Of a stretch of DNA of 64,000 nucleotides, positions 38,985 to 47,881 are shown piece after piece. Below the pieces are notes generated by a model. The model did not search any database. It was not told the origin of the DNA and saw nothing but the letters and a program-made list of their open reading frames with translations. Every line of letters starts with the position of its first letter. Position 1 is the stretch's first letter. A program made the translations under genes and the position numbers. Source of the DNA: Methanobacteriota archaeon (GTDB lineage Archaea > Thermoplasmatota > Thermoplasmata > SG8-5 > DAIRED01). The stretch spans positions 32,001 through 96,000 of the forward strand of contig JAZDNO010000004.1 in NCBI GenBank assembly GCA_043799545.1, in the 5' to 3' direction.

Positions 38985-39389
38985 CTATTTATTTTGTTTC
39001 TGTGCTTGCACCTTTGTGTAAATTTCGACTATCTGGTTGAAATTTCGTCTGTTCTTTAATTGTGCAACGATTTCATCTGTCTTTTTCAAATCACCAGATA
39101 GAATGCCTTGCTGGACCATTGTAACACAAACTTTCCACTCATTACAGTTCATCCATTCCTTTTGAAAAAACCACATCCAGAATAATGAAACCGCAATGCC
39201 TATCAAACCTAGCATCCACATGGGGAAATCCTGTAAGCATGCGATAACTGAGCCCACAAATAGCGATATTGATACGAGGAGTCGCTGATTGACTATGCCC
39301 AGAATTGAAACAGCGCTGGCGTGCTCACATTCCAGATACGACAACCAATCCTGCAAGGTTAATTTTTCTTCCATCGCGGTCAAACCCAT
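38985..39389 (-). CDS. Hypothetical 2-TM protein (cargo; last gene of the parB operon)
   Basis: Two central hydrophobic segments; 10-nt gap to the upstream gene. Confidence 0.6.
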   Translation of the reverse strand: MGLTAMEEKLTLQDWLSYLECEHASAVSILGIVNQRLLVSISLFVGSVIACLQDFPMWMLGLIGIAVSLFWMWFFQKEWMNCNEWKVCVTMVQQGILSGDLKKTDEIVAQLKNRRNFNQIVEIYTKVQAQKQNK

Positions 39390-39399
39390 TTTATAGGCA

Positions 39400-39636
39400 T
39401 CATTTTTTCTTTTGATTGTATTGCTCTTCCCGAGCCAACCGTTCATAAGCCGCTCTTTTTCGCTCGGAAATTATTAGACAACTGGCTTCGACACTACCGC
39501 ACATCCTATTTGCCATCGAATTCCAGACACCATGATATACTTCAAGCCATGTGTATTTTGCCAATAAATATTTCAAATCTTTTATCATTTTATCGGCGAT
39601 TTCTCGGTCTTTTTGTTCAAAGGCTTTAATTTCCAT
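39400..39636 (-). CDS. 78-aa hypothetical protein (cargo)
   Basis: MEIKAFEQKD start preceded by GAGGTG; overlaps the upstream stop by 11 nt. Confidence 0.6.
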   Translation of the reverse strand: MEIKAFEQKDREIADKMIKDLKYLLAKYTWLEVYHGVWNSMANRMCGSVEASCLIISERKRAAYERLAREEQYNQKKK

Positions 39637-40363
39637 AATTTTCACCTCGCCCATAACGCCTTCTGACATCGTTTCCATCTAATTCAGAGCCACAATTGGA
39701 GCATTTATAATTCTTTCCCAGCCATTTAAGGTCGCCAACGCTGCAAACATGGCATTTTGGGCTACTCCCTTCCAATGGGTCTTTTAACTCACTACCGACC
39801 TCCGCCCCCCTTGACGGTAGCGCTTTTCTTTCGACTGTACCGCCCCTTACCATATATCCTTCTTCGACCCCACCGAGTTTACCCATTAACTCTGCGGGTT
39901 TTCTCCCCGATGGCATTTCAAGCTTTAATTCATGTGACCGTTTTACTTTGCTATAAAACGTTTTCCAGCATCGTAATACGTGCTTGTTTTGATAATCCTG
40001 CAAGTCATCGAATGTTGGCTCAAAATACTCATTATCGTCATTACATACAGTCAGGTATATCCCATACGAATGAAGATATTCCAGTACCTTACTATAAAAT
40101 TCTTCCTCATCCTCCACATGCTTTAATAGGTCTGGTTCGAGGAGCGTATAATACATGTATTTCGATAGTATGGCCTCACGAATCCCCCTTAATCCATTAT
40201 ATGCCCTATTATGGTCTTTAGTATTATCGGGGTCCCAACCGATTCCCCGAATCATGACCTCTAATGTGAACTTGTTCTCTGGCCCCCGGTCCCTAATCCA
40301 CCTCAGGATTTGGCGTCTAACTTTTCCCATCGCTATGGGTGTTTTTTTATTCATTTTTACCAC
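39626..40363 (-). CDS. Hypothetical protein with possible N-terminal wHTH and C-terminal Zn ribbon (cargo)
   Basis: VRRQILRWIRDRG...; KCHVC...YKCSNCG; GAGGTG upstream. Confidence 0.65.
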   Translation of the reverse strand: MVKMNKKTPIAMGKVRRQILRWIRDRGPENKFTLEVMIRGIGWDPDNTKDHNRAYNGLRGIREAILSKYMYYTLLEPDLLKHVEDEEEFYSKVLEYLHSYGIYLTVCNDDNEYFEPTFDDLQDYQNKHVLRCWKTFYSKVKRSHELKLEMPSGRKPAELMGKLGGVEEGYMVRGGTVERKALPSRGAEVGSELKDPLEGSSPKCHVCSVGDLKWLGKNYKCSNCGSELDGNDVRRRYGRGENYGN

Positions 40364-40398
40364 CTCTTCTTCCCACGGGGGCGTAGCAGATGATGCAA

Positions 40399-41385
40399 TT
40401 ACTCTTCTAGCGCCTCCCTAATTTGCTGGCATTTCTCCTCGATAGCATCTACCATTTTTATAATTTGTTGTTTTTGCTTGGGTATCAATTTTACGATGCG
40501 TTTATGATTGACTAATAAGATACGCTCACAACTTTTCTGAAACTCTTCGATAAACATTTGGTTTGAATCGTGCACTCTTGGTACATCTATGGCGGGTGTC
40601 TCGATTCCTTTTCTTTGGCTTACGCGAATATCCTCCACCCGCTCTTTTAATTCCCTATCTGAATAATCGTATTTCTTTACTTCATTGAGAACTACAATTT
40701 GTGTTTTTTCATCCTCGACTTCAGACAATATTTTTAATTTCTCAGGATTTAATGTTGATGTTTTACTAACAAATTCCTTTTGTACAGATTCCGGCGCTTT
40801 TTTCATTAGAGTAACCACATCGCCGACCTCGCTGGTTTGTATTTCGCCCTTTTCTACTCTCTTAAGAAATGATTCTCTTAGATTTTTTTCGGGTATTCGT
40901 GAGACTTCGTACAGTGATGATGTAGGCACCGAAGACGGCGTCTTCGCTTCATCCCTAATTTCTCTTGCTTTTAATATGTGCTGGATAGCGGTTTTATCGG
41001 AGTACCCCAGGGCATCTGCGAGGTCACCTTGATTTTTATATATGCCCGCCACCCATATTTCCTGTATCGCATGCTCCCTTTCAGTCGATGATAAATCTTG
41101 GCGATGTAAATTTTCTATAAGGGATTCCACCAGAACCTGGTTATCCGAAACGTTTTTTATTACTGCCGGGATTGTAGCTTTATTAGCTAGCTTACTGGCC
41201 CTCCAACGACGCTCACCACATATAATTTCGTACCTATTTCCTTTTTTTCTAACGACAATTGGTTGTAATATTCCATGAATTTTAATCGAATTGGCGAGTT
41301 CTTTAATATTCTCTTTTGTGAACTTCTCTCTCGGTTGCATCGGATTCGGCGTTAGCATCTCAATATCTAGTTCTTGATACTCCAT
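40399..41385 (-). CDS. ParB/Spo0J-family CTP-binding protein (cargo)
   Basis: PNPMQPRE; GILQPIVVR; GERRWRA box; ENLHRQDL; HTH QGDLADALG. Confidence 0.92.
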   Translation of the reverse strand: MEYQELDIEMLTPNPMQPREKFTKENIKELANSIKIHGILQPIVVRKKGNRYEIICGERRWRASKLANKATIPAVIKNVSDNQVLVESLIENLHRQDLSSTEREHAIQEIWVAGIYKNQGDLADALGYSDKTAIQHILKAREIRDEAKTPSSVPTSSLYEVSRIPEKNLRESFLKRVEKGEIQTSEVGDVVTLMKKAPESVQKEFVSKTSTLNPEKLKILSEVEDEKTQIVVLNEVKKYDYSDRELKERVEDIRVSQRKGIETPAIDVPRVHDSNQMFIEEFQKSCERILLVNHKRIVKLIPKQKQQIIKMVDAIEEKCQQIREALEE

Positions 41386-41619
41386 GTTAAATTCCCCCGG
41401 ATACTCTGTTTAACGTACATCATCATACTCGTATAAATAACTACATTTCACCTTTCGACTACCCCTATTCGAATTTTACGAAGAGACGAACATCAATTTA
41501 GGAAGCATTCAGGGCTTTTATCACATTATTTTTCAAGGGAAACCGTAGTCAATCCCCCGATAAATATATATATTGCCTGTTTTTTCAGTAAATTATTTAT
41601 AGTAATGCTGCTTTAACCG

Positions 41620-42168
41620 ATGGTAGTAACTATGGAGTTCGTTCCCATGTTAATAAACCAAGAAGAAGGCTGGCGTTTGCCCGAATTATACGATACCATG
41701 ACACCAACTGAAAAGGCATCAGCTATTAAATCTTGCGTTTTAACTTTTCTTAATAACAATGGACCGGCTCCAAAATCAGTAATCGGAAAAGCGATAGGCA
41801 CGACTCATGAAGACAGCTTAAAAAGGGCTTTGGATTACTTGGTTCATACTCGTCAAATTTATTCAGAGAAATGGGGTTCGCGAAATCCAGTATATTTCCC
41901 GAATGGTTGTTTGGGGCACCCCCTCTATCAGGGGCGTATAATTTGTGGTCGGAAGGAATACACAATTAGAACATATATAGACCGAGTCACTGGTAGAAAT
42001 TTAACAATAACTGAGTATGAAAAAGATTATTCGGGTAAACAAGACCCCAAAGGAGGCATTAGAATAGACGCCGTGGATTTAGACGCCATTATTAGAGAGT
42101 TAGTGAGGATAAATGACTCATTGCGCCAGAGTGTTGAAATTAACGACAGAGGTCTAATATCAAGGTGA
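41620..42168 (+). CDS. wHTH protein with C-terminal PC4/PUR-like beta domain (cargo)
   Basis: VLTFLNNNGPAPKSVIGKAIG...LKRALDYL; YTIRTY...NLTITE...KGGIRIDAVDLDAIIREL pattern. Confidence 0.55.
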   Translation: MVVTMEFVPMLINQEEGWRLPELYDTMTPTEKASAIKSCVLTFLNNNGPAPKSVIGKAIGTTHEDSLKRALDYLVHTRQIYSEKWGSRNPVYFPNGCLGHPLYQGRIICGRKEYTIRTYIDRVTGRNLTITEYEKDYSGKQDPKGGIRIDAVDLDAIIRELVRINDSLRQSVEINDRGLISR

Positions 42169-42172
42169 GAAA

Positions 42173-43504
42173 ATGAACACGCAACTATCAATGTATGTGG
42201 AGGAAGAGGACGCGCAAAAGGCTGTATGTAGATTCGGGAATCTTAAAATTCCCCGAGGATTATTTTCAATGCCGACAATAAGTCCAGGTATTCAGAAAAA
42301 TTTAGATGTGGAAGCATTGATGGCTAACATTAGCGGTGGCTCCTTCCCACATGCAATTACGCCACATCTCAGCACAAAACAGAGATATATTGTGAAATTA
42401 ATGCCAATGCTCCCCTCTGGCAAAGGCGTTATACATCCGTTTGTTGTGCCAGACCCGGAATATGAGGCTCTTTCCGTCAATTGTCTTGCGAGATTGAATT
42501 ATATGCAATTTGAAAATCCACCCCCCACAGTGCGTATGATTATGGATTCGGGGCTGACCGATGACCCGGATACAGATAGATTTAATGTAACAACAAGATG
42601 GCAAACCATTAGGCAGCGCTATGGCCTTGCTCCTTTGTTAGATTGGTCGTTAAATCTTCACGACTCCATCAATTCCGATTTGTATCTTGCACCGACCCCG
42701 ATAATGCGGGCCGATGAAAAACTTAAAAGCATTGAAGAGGCTTTTACCAGTGGGTATTTCCTTCTCTCAAATGCCGTCAGTTCGGCTCGATTCGCGTTGA
42801 ATGGGATTCACACGTTGCTCCATATCGAAATTTTTTCCGATACGGATGAAGCTGACGCTGCTCGAAACAAGATACTTACTGAGTTCGAGTCTTGGAAATC
42901 CGAGAAACAGCAATATCGGGGTTCAATAGTAGGCATAAAGCTCTATGACCCAAACAACTTATTCGGAGAAGCTGACTCGGGTTCAGTAAGGCGCAGATTA
43001 TTCAGCGAATTTGTAACAGAGCTTTCATCAAAGGTTCGAGGAGCCGATGGTTTTGTCATTGGTTATAATTTTGCCAATCTATCTCTTGGAATTTTGGATA
43101 GCGGCGCAGATTTAGCTACATTCAAAGTGGCTGGGGGAATGCGTATCGATGTGCCAATTAAATCAAGCAAGGGGAAGCGTGGTAAACGAAGGATTCCTTC
43201 CGTATTCGACGGAAGCACACTTTCCGAGGTGGGAAGCGACATCATCAAACAAACTTACAATAAATATGGTTCATTCCCTGTGCCGGCGTGTATGCAACCG
43301 AAGCCATATTGGGACGAAAATTATAAGGAGGCGTCGATATACGCGAGAAGAACCCGTTGTGCCTCATTGATTGCAGTTGGTGAAGAATATCGAGCAGCGG
43401 CGCTCGATAATGCAATCCCGTTGAAAGATTCCTTACGAAATCGAATTATGCAAAGTGAGGCGAGACAAGAATTGATTGATTTGTGTCCAACAATAAACGG
43501 TTAA
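42173..43504 (+). CDS. Divergent TGT/'beta protein'-like TIM-barrel protein (cargo)
   Basis: RFGNLKIPRG...MPTISP start; VVPDPE, IMDSG, SDLYLAPTPI, GILDSGADLATF; AGGTGA RBS; fold inferred by eye. Confidence 0.45.
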   Translation: MNTQLSMYVEEEDAQKAVCRFGNLKIPRGLFSMPTISPGIQKNLDVEALMANISGGSFPHAITPHLSTKQRYIVKLMPMLPSGKGVIHPFVVPDPEYEALSVNCLARLNYMQFENPPPTVRMIMDSGLTDDPDTDRFNVTTRWQTIRQRYGLAPLLDWSLNLHDSINSDLYLAPTPIMRADEKLKSIEEAFTSGYFLLSNAVSSARFALNGIHTLLHIEIFSDTDEADAARNKILTEFESWKSEKQQYRGSIVGIKLYDPNNLFGEADSGSVRRRLFSEFVTELSSKVRGADGFVIGYNFANLSLGILDSGADLATFKVAGGMRIDVPIKSSKGKRGKRRIPSVFDGSTLSEVGSDIIKQTYNKYGSFPVPACMQPKPYWDENYKEASIYARRTRCASLIAVGEEYRAAALDNAIPLKDSLRNRIMQSEARQELIDLCPTING

Positions 43505-43644
43505 TACAAATATATATTGACTTCACCCCGATGTCATAATCGCTGCCAGCTCATTTGCCTATACCGGGCCTTTCGACCCAGATTAATGTTGACATCAAAG
43601 TTGAACTCCTTCTCTATTCTCTGGGCGGTGTGAAAAATAATAAA

Positions 43645-43809
43645 TCATGCCTTACGAACGACAGCGACTATACTCTTACCCTCGTTACGGATGAGCCAGT
43701 TTACCTCATCTCCTGCCCTCAAGTTAAGGGATTCGACTACGGCCTCGGGAATAGTGGTTCGTAACGAGGGACTGGTTGTATTTGCTTTTGAAATCTTGGT
43801 ATTAGGCAT
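43645..43809 (-). CDS. AbrB/MazE/SpoVT-family DNA-binding protein, 54 aa (not in ORF track)
   Basis: MPNTKISKANTTSPSLRTTIPEAVVESLNLRAGDEVNWLIRNEGKSIVAVVRKA. Confidence 0.85.
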   Translation of the reverse strand: MPNTKISKANTTSPSLRTTIPEAVVESLNLRAGDEVNWLIRNEGKSIVAVVRKA

Positions 43810-43840
43810 GGATACAGGATATGCCTCTGGCCGTATTTAT

Positions 43841-43923
43841 AGTTACCTATATACTGATAATCGTAGTTACCATAACCTTTATATCCTCCCTTGCTATATA
43901 GGTAACTGTGGTAGTAACCACAG
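43841..43923. promoter_or_regulatory. Divergent AbrB/transposase promoter region with inverted repeats
   Basis: 13-bp perfect IR AGTTACCTATATA (43841-43853) / TATATAGGTAACT (43895-43907); palindrome CTGTGGT-N4-ACCACAG (43906-43923). Confidence 0.7.
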
Positions 43924-43934
43924 AGGCAACAAAT

Positions 43935-45095
43935 ATGATGATGGACGATGCGAGACAGGCGCGGGGATTAGAGATACTAAAGGACGAGAGCGCAGTAGTG
44001 CGCATAAGCCAGAAAACTTACCACGTCAAGAGCCAGAGCGGGGAGGGGTTCTACACGGTTAAAAAGCAGATGGGGCTTTGGGGTTGCACATGCCCAGACT
44101 TCACCAACCGAAAGGTGTACTGCAAGCACATCTACGCCGTTGAGTATAGCCAGAAGCTCCGAAAACTCATCAAAACCGAGGAGAGGCCGAGGCCCGTAAT
44201 CGACGCAACCATGCACCCGATGTGCTGCCCGTCGTGCCACGCCGGGGAAATCAAGAGGAATGGCAACCGCGCAACCAAGAACGGGCCAATCCAGCGCTAT
44301 AAGTGCGAGGCTTGCGGATTCAGATTCACCATAGACAAGGGCTTTAGTGGTATGAAATCCGTTCCCGAGAGCATTTTAGCTTCGGTGGACCTCTATTTCA
44401 AGGGGCTTTCTTACCGCAAGATAGTGGACCACCTCAAGCAGTTCTATGGCGTGACTGTCAGCCAGACCACGCCGATGCGCTGGGTGACGAAGTACCTTAA
44501 GATGCTCGGAGATTACGCCGAAAAGCACCAGCCAGACGTGGGGCGCATGTGGCACAGCGACGAAATGGCTCAGAAGGTGAACGGTAAGCAGATGTGGGTT
44601 TGGAACGTCATGGACCACGAAACGCGCTTCTTGCTGGCCTGTAAGATTTCAGAGGGGCGCAGCATCCGCGAAACGAGGGCTGCGATAAGGGTAGCCAAGG
44701 AGAAGGCCGGGAAGCGCCCGGACTTCTTTGTTACCGATGGATTGCCAACATACCCGATAGCAGCCCGAAAGGAGTTCGGACCCGGGGAGAAGTTCGACAC
44801 GCAGAGCCGCCACCACAGATACAAGGATTTCCGCACAGCGCCCAACAACAATATCCTAGAGCGCTTGAATGGAACGCTCAGAGAGCGCTTCAAGGTGATG
44901 CGGAGCTTCGACAACCCCGAGAGCGCCGCCCGGATGCTTGCGGGCATCCAGACGTACTATAACTACGTCAGAGAGCACTCGGTACTAGGCACGACCCCGG
45001 CAATCGAGGCCGACATAGACCTAAACCTCGGAGAGAACCGCTGGGCCGGGATGGTTGGCCTGGTTGCGAATCAAAAGCAGTTCGGGGGCGTGTGA
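43935..45095 (+). CDS. IS6-family DDE transposase with N-terminal SWIM finger and Zn ribbon
   Basis: SWIM CTCPDF...CKHIYAV; CPSC...YKCEAC; HTH GLSYRKI; DDE in WHSDE / VTDG / NNILER. Confidence 0.93.
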   Translation: MMMDDARQARGLEILKDESAVVRISQKTYHVKSQSGEGFYTVKKQMGLWGCTCPDFTNRKVYCKHIYAVEYSQKLRKLIKTEERPRPVIDATMHPMCCPSCHAGEIKRNGNRATKNGPIQRYKCEACGFRFTIDKGFSGMKSVPESILASVDLYFKGLSYRKIVDHLKQFYGVTVSQTTPMRWVTKYLKMLGDYAEKHQPDVGRMWHSDEMAQKVNGKQMWVWNVMDHETRFLLACKISEGRSIRETRAAIRVAKEKAGKRPDFFVTDGLPTYPIAARKEFGPGEKFDTQSRHHRYKDFRTAPNNNILERLNGTLRERFKVMRSFDNPESAARMLAGIQTYYNYVREHSVLGTTPAIEADIDLNLGENRWAGMVGLVANQKQFGGV

Positions 45096-45156
45096 AAGCG
45101 CGCTCCCAATTTTCTAGTTTTTACATATAACGTATGTTATACCGGAATACTAAAAT

Positions 45157-46491
45157 CTATTTAATATCGATTTTCTCACACTCATCCAGTAATTTTATTG
45201 CTTCGGAAAAAGGGATTAATGATTTTGGGAAAGGAGTAAATGATGCAACCCTAAGAAGTGCAGCTGCTTTGCTAACACATAAGCGATGTTTATATCCAGT
45301 ATCTTTATTTTCTTTGGCAAAAATATCTAATTTGCCCTCTATAAATTGTACAAATCGGTCTACGCGCTCGTTCTTAGGCAAGGTATAATTGATTCGATGC
45401 TCATTCTTTACGACGTGATAATTTATTTTAATAGGTGCATATTTATATTTTACTTTATTACCATTAATTTCCTCGGTATGAATCGGACTAAATATTGCAA
45501 TATCCGATAATAATTCACCAAGGTCATAAATATAATCACCCCTCAGGGATAATTGGTCAATATCAATGAACTTGACGCTATTAGCATGTCTCGATACTTT
45601 TTCCATAAAAACATTTCTACCATGACAATCCCCATGCTGGATTGTATTAAATGGCGGTATAAATTTTGGATAATTAGTTAAAATTCGCTCAACGTAAAAT
45701 CGGACATTTTTATATTTAAAACCATTTACAATATATTCCGCTTCAGGATAAATCAAAGGTAACATCGTGTCATTAAATTTCAATATGTCTCGATAGAAAT
45801 GTTCGAGATATGGGGGTTTCGTCAAAGCTAGCAATTGATTCGCAGAGTCGACTTTTTTTGTTTGTGAATACATTAAATTAAATGCTCCCCATAAACTTTC
45901 TAAATGTTTATTATCAAAGCCAAAAGACCTATTCCAGATAAATTCGTATAGTGGTTCAAAATCAGCTAGGTATTCAATTCGCATTACATGGAGTCGGTCA
46001 TTTTTATAGGTAAATTGCTCGGGCTTATGCGGCTGAGCAAATAAATGCAATATTGGCCCCGGAACTTCGGATTCAATTTTATCGTAGTCGGGTATATCCG
46101 ATTTACTTATTTTTAAAACAGTAGTATACTCAGATAATGTCGTTTGTCCATCTTCTTTCTCCCCCCCAATTGAAATGGAATGCTTTGTGCGATAAACTTG
46201 GTCGCCGCTATATCCACCAGACAATCTGTACAGTTCCTTGATTTTCGATTGAATATTAGTAGTTATCATTAATCCGGTATGGACATGCGTGAAACTTAGA
46301 ACTTGTTTTTCAATTTCATCATCTGCTAGTGTCCTCTTACCTTTTAACAGATTTTTTACTAATTTAGCTTGTTCTTTAATATCTGCATCCAGTTTATCAT
46401 TCGGCTCATTGTCTTTAATATTATATGTTTTTTTAATGATTTTCGCAATCCTTTGAACTGTTATAGGCGATGGTTTATTCCTACTTCCCAT
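45157..46491 (-). CDS. Protein-kinase-like (APH/phosphotransferase) protein (cargo)
   Basis: LSGGYSGDQVY Gly loop; VLKI; QHGDCHGRN catalytic loop; FIDID; DYIYDLG. Confidence 0.8.
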   Translation of the reverse strand: MGSRNKPSPITVQRIAKIIKKTYNIKDNEPNDKLDADIKEQAKLVKNLLKGKRTLADDEIEKQVLSFTHVHTGLMITTNIQSKIKELYRLSGGYSGDQVYRTKHSISIGGEKEDGQTTLSEYTTVLKISKSDIPDYDKIESEVPGPILHLFAQPHKPEQFTYKNDRLHVMRIEYLADFEPLYEFIWNRSFGFDNKHLESLWGAFNLMYSQTKKVDSANQLLALTKPPYLEHFYRDILKFNDTMLPLIYPEAEYIVNGFKYKNVRFYVERILTNYPKFIPPFNTIQHGDCHGRNVFMEKVSRHANSVKFIDIDQLSLRGDYIYDLGELLSDIAIFSPIHTEEINGNKVKYKYAPIKINYHVVKNEHRINYTLPKNERVDRFVQFIEGKLDIFAKENKDTGYKHRLCVSKAAALLRVASFTPFPKSLIPFSEAIKLLDECEKIDIK

Positions 46492-46815
46492 TATTACACC
46501 AGAATGAAAGGGTTTATTCTTCGTAGATGATTAAATCCTGATTATATTGTGCATCTCTCATTGTATAGCATTTTAATCCTTCGCGCATGTATGAGTTCAA
46601 GTTTTTTCCACCACATGGCCCAGCATTTAAACTCTTTATTCTACCTACCATCTTAATCACCAACGCATCCCATCCGACATGCAGTTCAGGATTAGACAAC
46701 TAGTAAATAAATCTAGCGACAACGAATATATACTGATAGTGGTGGCAGTATAATCGGTTGGCTCAGATTGGCACCCACCGTGCAACACCCCGTTTAGATG
46801 CAACAAAACACCCGC

Positions 46816-47784
46816 CTACGCAACAGAACCGCTATTAAACCCCTTCTGGTGCTGGAGGGCGAAATCCACGACCTCCGTCACGTCGTCCATCGTGGCCCAG
46901 CTCCTTCCGTCGTAGGTGGCGTTCGCGATGGCCGCCTCGCGCAGGTTTGCGACGGCCCTCTCGTCGGCTCCGACCCTCCGTCCGACGCGCCCGATTGCCT
47001 GCACGACCTTTTGGGGGACATCCGCGCGCCCGATGAGTTTCCGCGCCGCCGCGAGCTTGCCCCTGACGATGGCGCTCTCCTTCTCGTGATGGCCCGCAAA
47101 CTCGGCCGGTCCCGCCTTGTACGCCTCCACCCTCCTAACTATCTCGAGGCGCTCCTCGATGTCGCTCAGCGAGCGGGCCGAGGCCCGCAAAACGAACCGC
47201 CGCCTCAGATCTTCCGGGAGCTCGCCCTCGTCGTCGTTCATCGTCGCGATGAGCGTTATCGCCGTCGGCCACGCGCCGTTGGCTTCGACCTTGCGGTTCT
47301 CCGTTGCATCCAGGACGAACTTCAAAATGTCCTCCGAAAACAGGTTCGCACGTTCCATTAGGGCGAAACCGCGGTTCGCCTTCGACAGCAGCCCCGGTCT
47401 GGGGGGGTTGCCCTTCCCGCCCCGGAGCTTCTCGATGGTCGCGGATATCGGAATCTCGACGAACGGCATCCGAGCCCTGACGCGGCTCTTGGGGTTGCTA
47501 GCGGCCTTGCAGGCAGGGCACCTCTCGCGGGCTGTGGGTATGCAGCTGACGGGGCAGCCTTCCGCGACGTCCATCTCAGGCAGCAGCGCGGCAAGCCCCC
47601 TCGCGGCGGTCCTCTTGCCCGTGTCCCTCTCGCCCGACAGGAGGAGGCTGGTAATCCTCGGGTTCACTACAGAAAGGAGCAGCCCGCGCTTGAGGGCGTT
47701 CTGGCCGACGACCCCCGTGAACGGGAAAGGCGGGTCGCCCGCCGAGCCTGGTTTGCGCCTGGATTTCGATGCCTCGTCCGCCAT
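46816..47784 (-). CDS. ChlI-like AAA+ protein with degenerate Walker B; last 4 aa and stop supplied by the transposon TIR
   Basis: FPFTGVVGQ; GERDTGKR; GCPVSC...CPAC; LMERANL where YVDEINL is expected. Confidence 0.82.
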   Translation of the reverse strand: MADEASKSRRKPGSAGDPPFPFTGVVGQNALKRGLLLSVVNPRITSLLLSGERDTGKRTAARGLAALLPEMDVAEGCPVSCIPTARERCPACKAASNPKSRVRARMPFVEIPISATIEKLRGGKGNPPRPGLLSKANRGFALMERANLFSEDILKFVLDATENRKVEANGAWPTAITLIATMNDDEGELPEDLRRRFVLRASARSLSDIEERLEIVRRVEAYKAGPAEFAGHHEKESAIVRGKLAAARKLIGRADVPQKVVQAIGRVGRRVGADERAVANLREAAIANATYDGRSWATMDDVTEVVDFALQHQKGFNSGSVA

Positions 47785-47881
47785 CTGATATTTGGCTCCT
47801 AAATGCGGGTATGCGCTTGGTGGTTAAACCCTTTGCTGCGCTCAATTCCCGATATGTTCTGGCTCCATTGGTCTGCGTGGC

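Larger units (their letters stand above)
38498..46830. mobile_element. IS6-family cargo (passenger-carrying) transposon, 8,333 bp
   Basis: Perfect 13-bp TIRs GGTTCTGTTGCGT (38498-38510) / ACGCAACAGAACC (46818-46830); 8-bp TSD GCTATTAA (38490-38497, 46831-46838); single IS6-type transposase; AT-rich interior. Confidence 0.92.

Noticed and set aside
43555-43602. 14-aa minus-strand ORF (MSTLIWVERPGIGK) after a GGAG downstream of the AbrB gene
   Set aside because: Too short to support; not a credible cognate toxin
46514-46699. 61-aa ORF upstream of the kinase
   Set aside because: No motif or clear RBS; may be chance in AT-rich DNA
38498-46830. Composite transposon of two IS6 copies, or a provirus/integrated plasmid
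   Set aside because: Only one transposase; no inner TIR seen by eye; no integrase, replication or virion genes; ends are TIR plus TSD, not att sites
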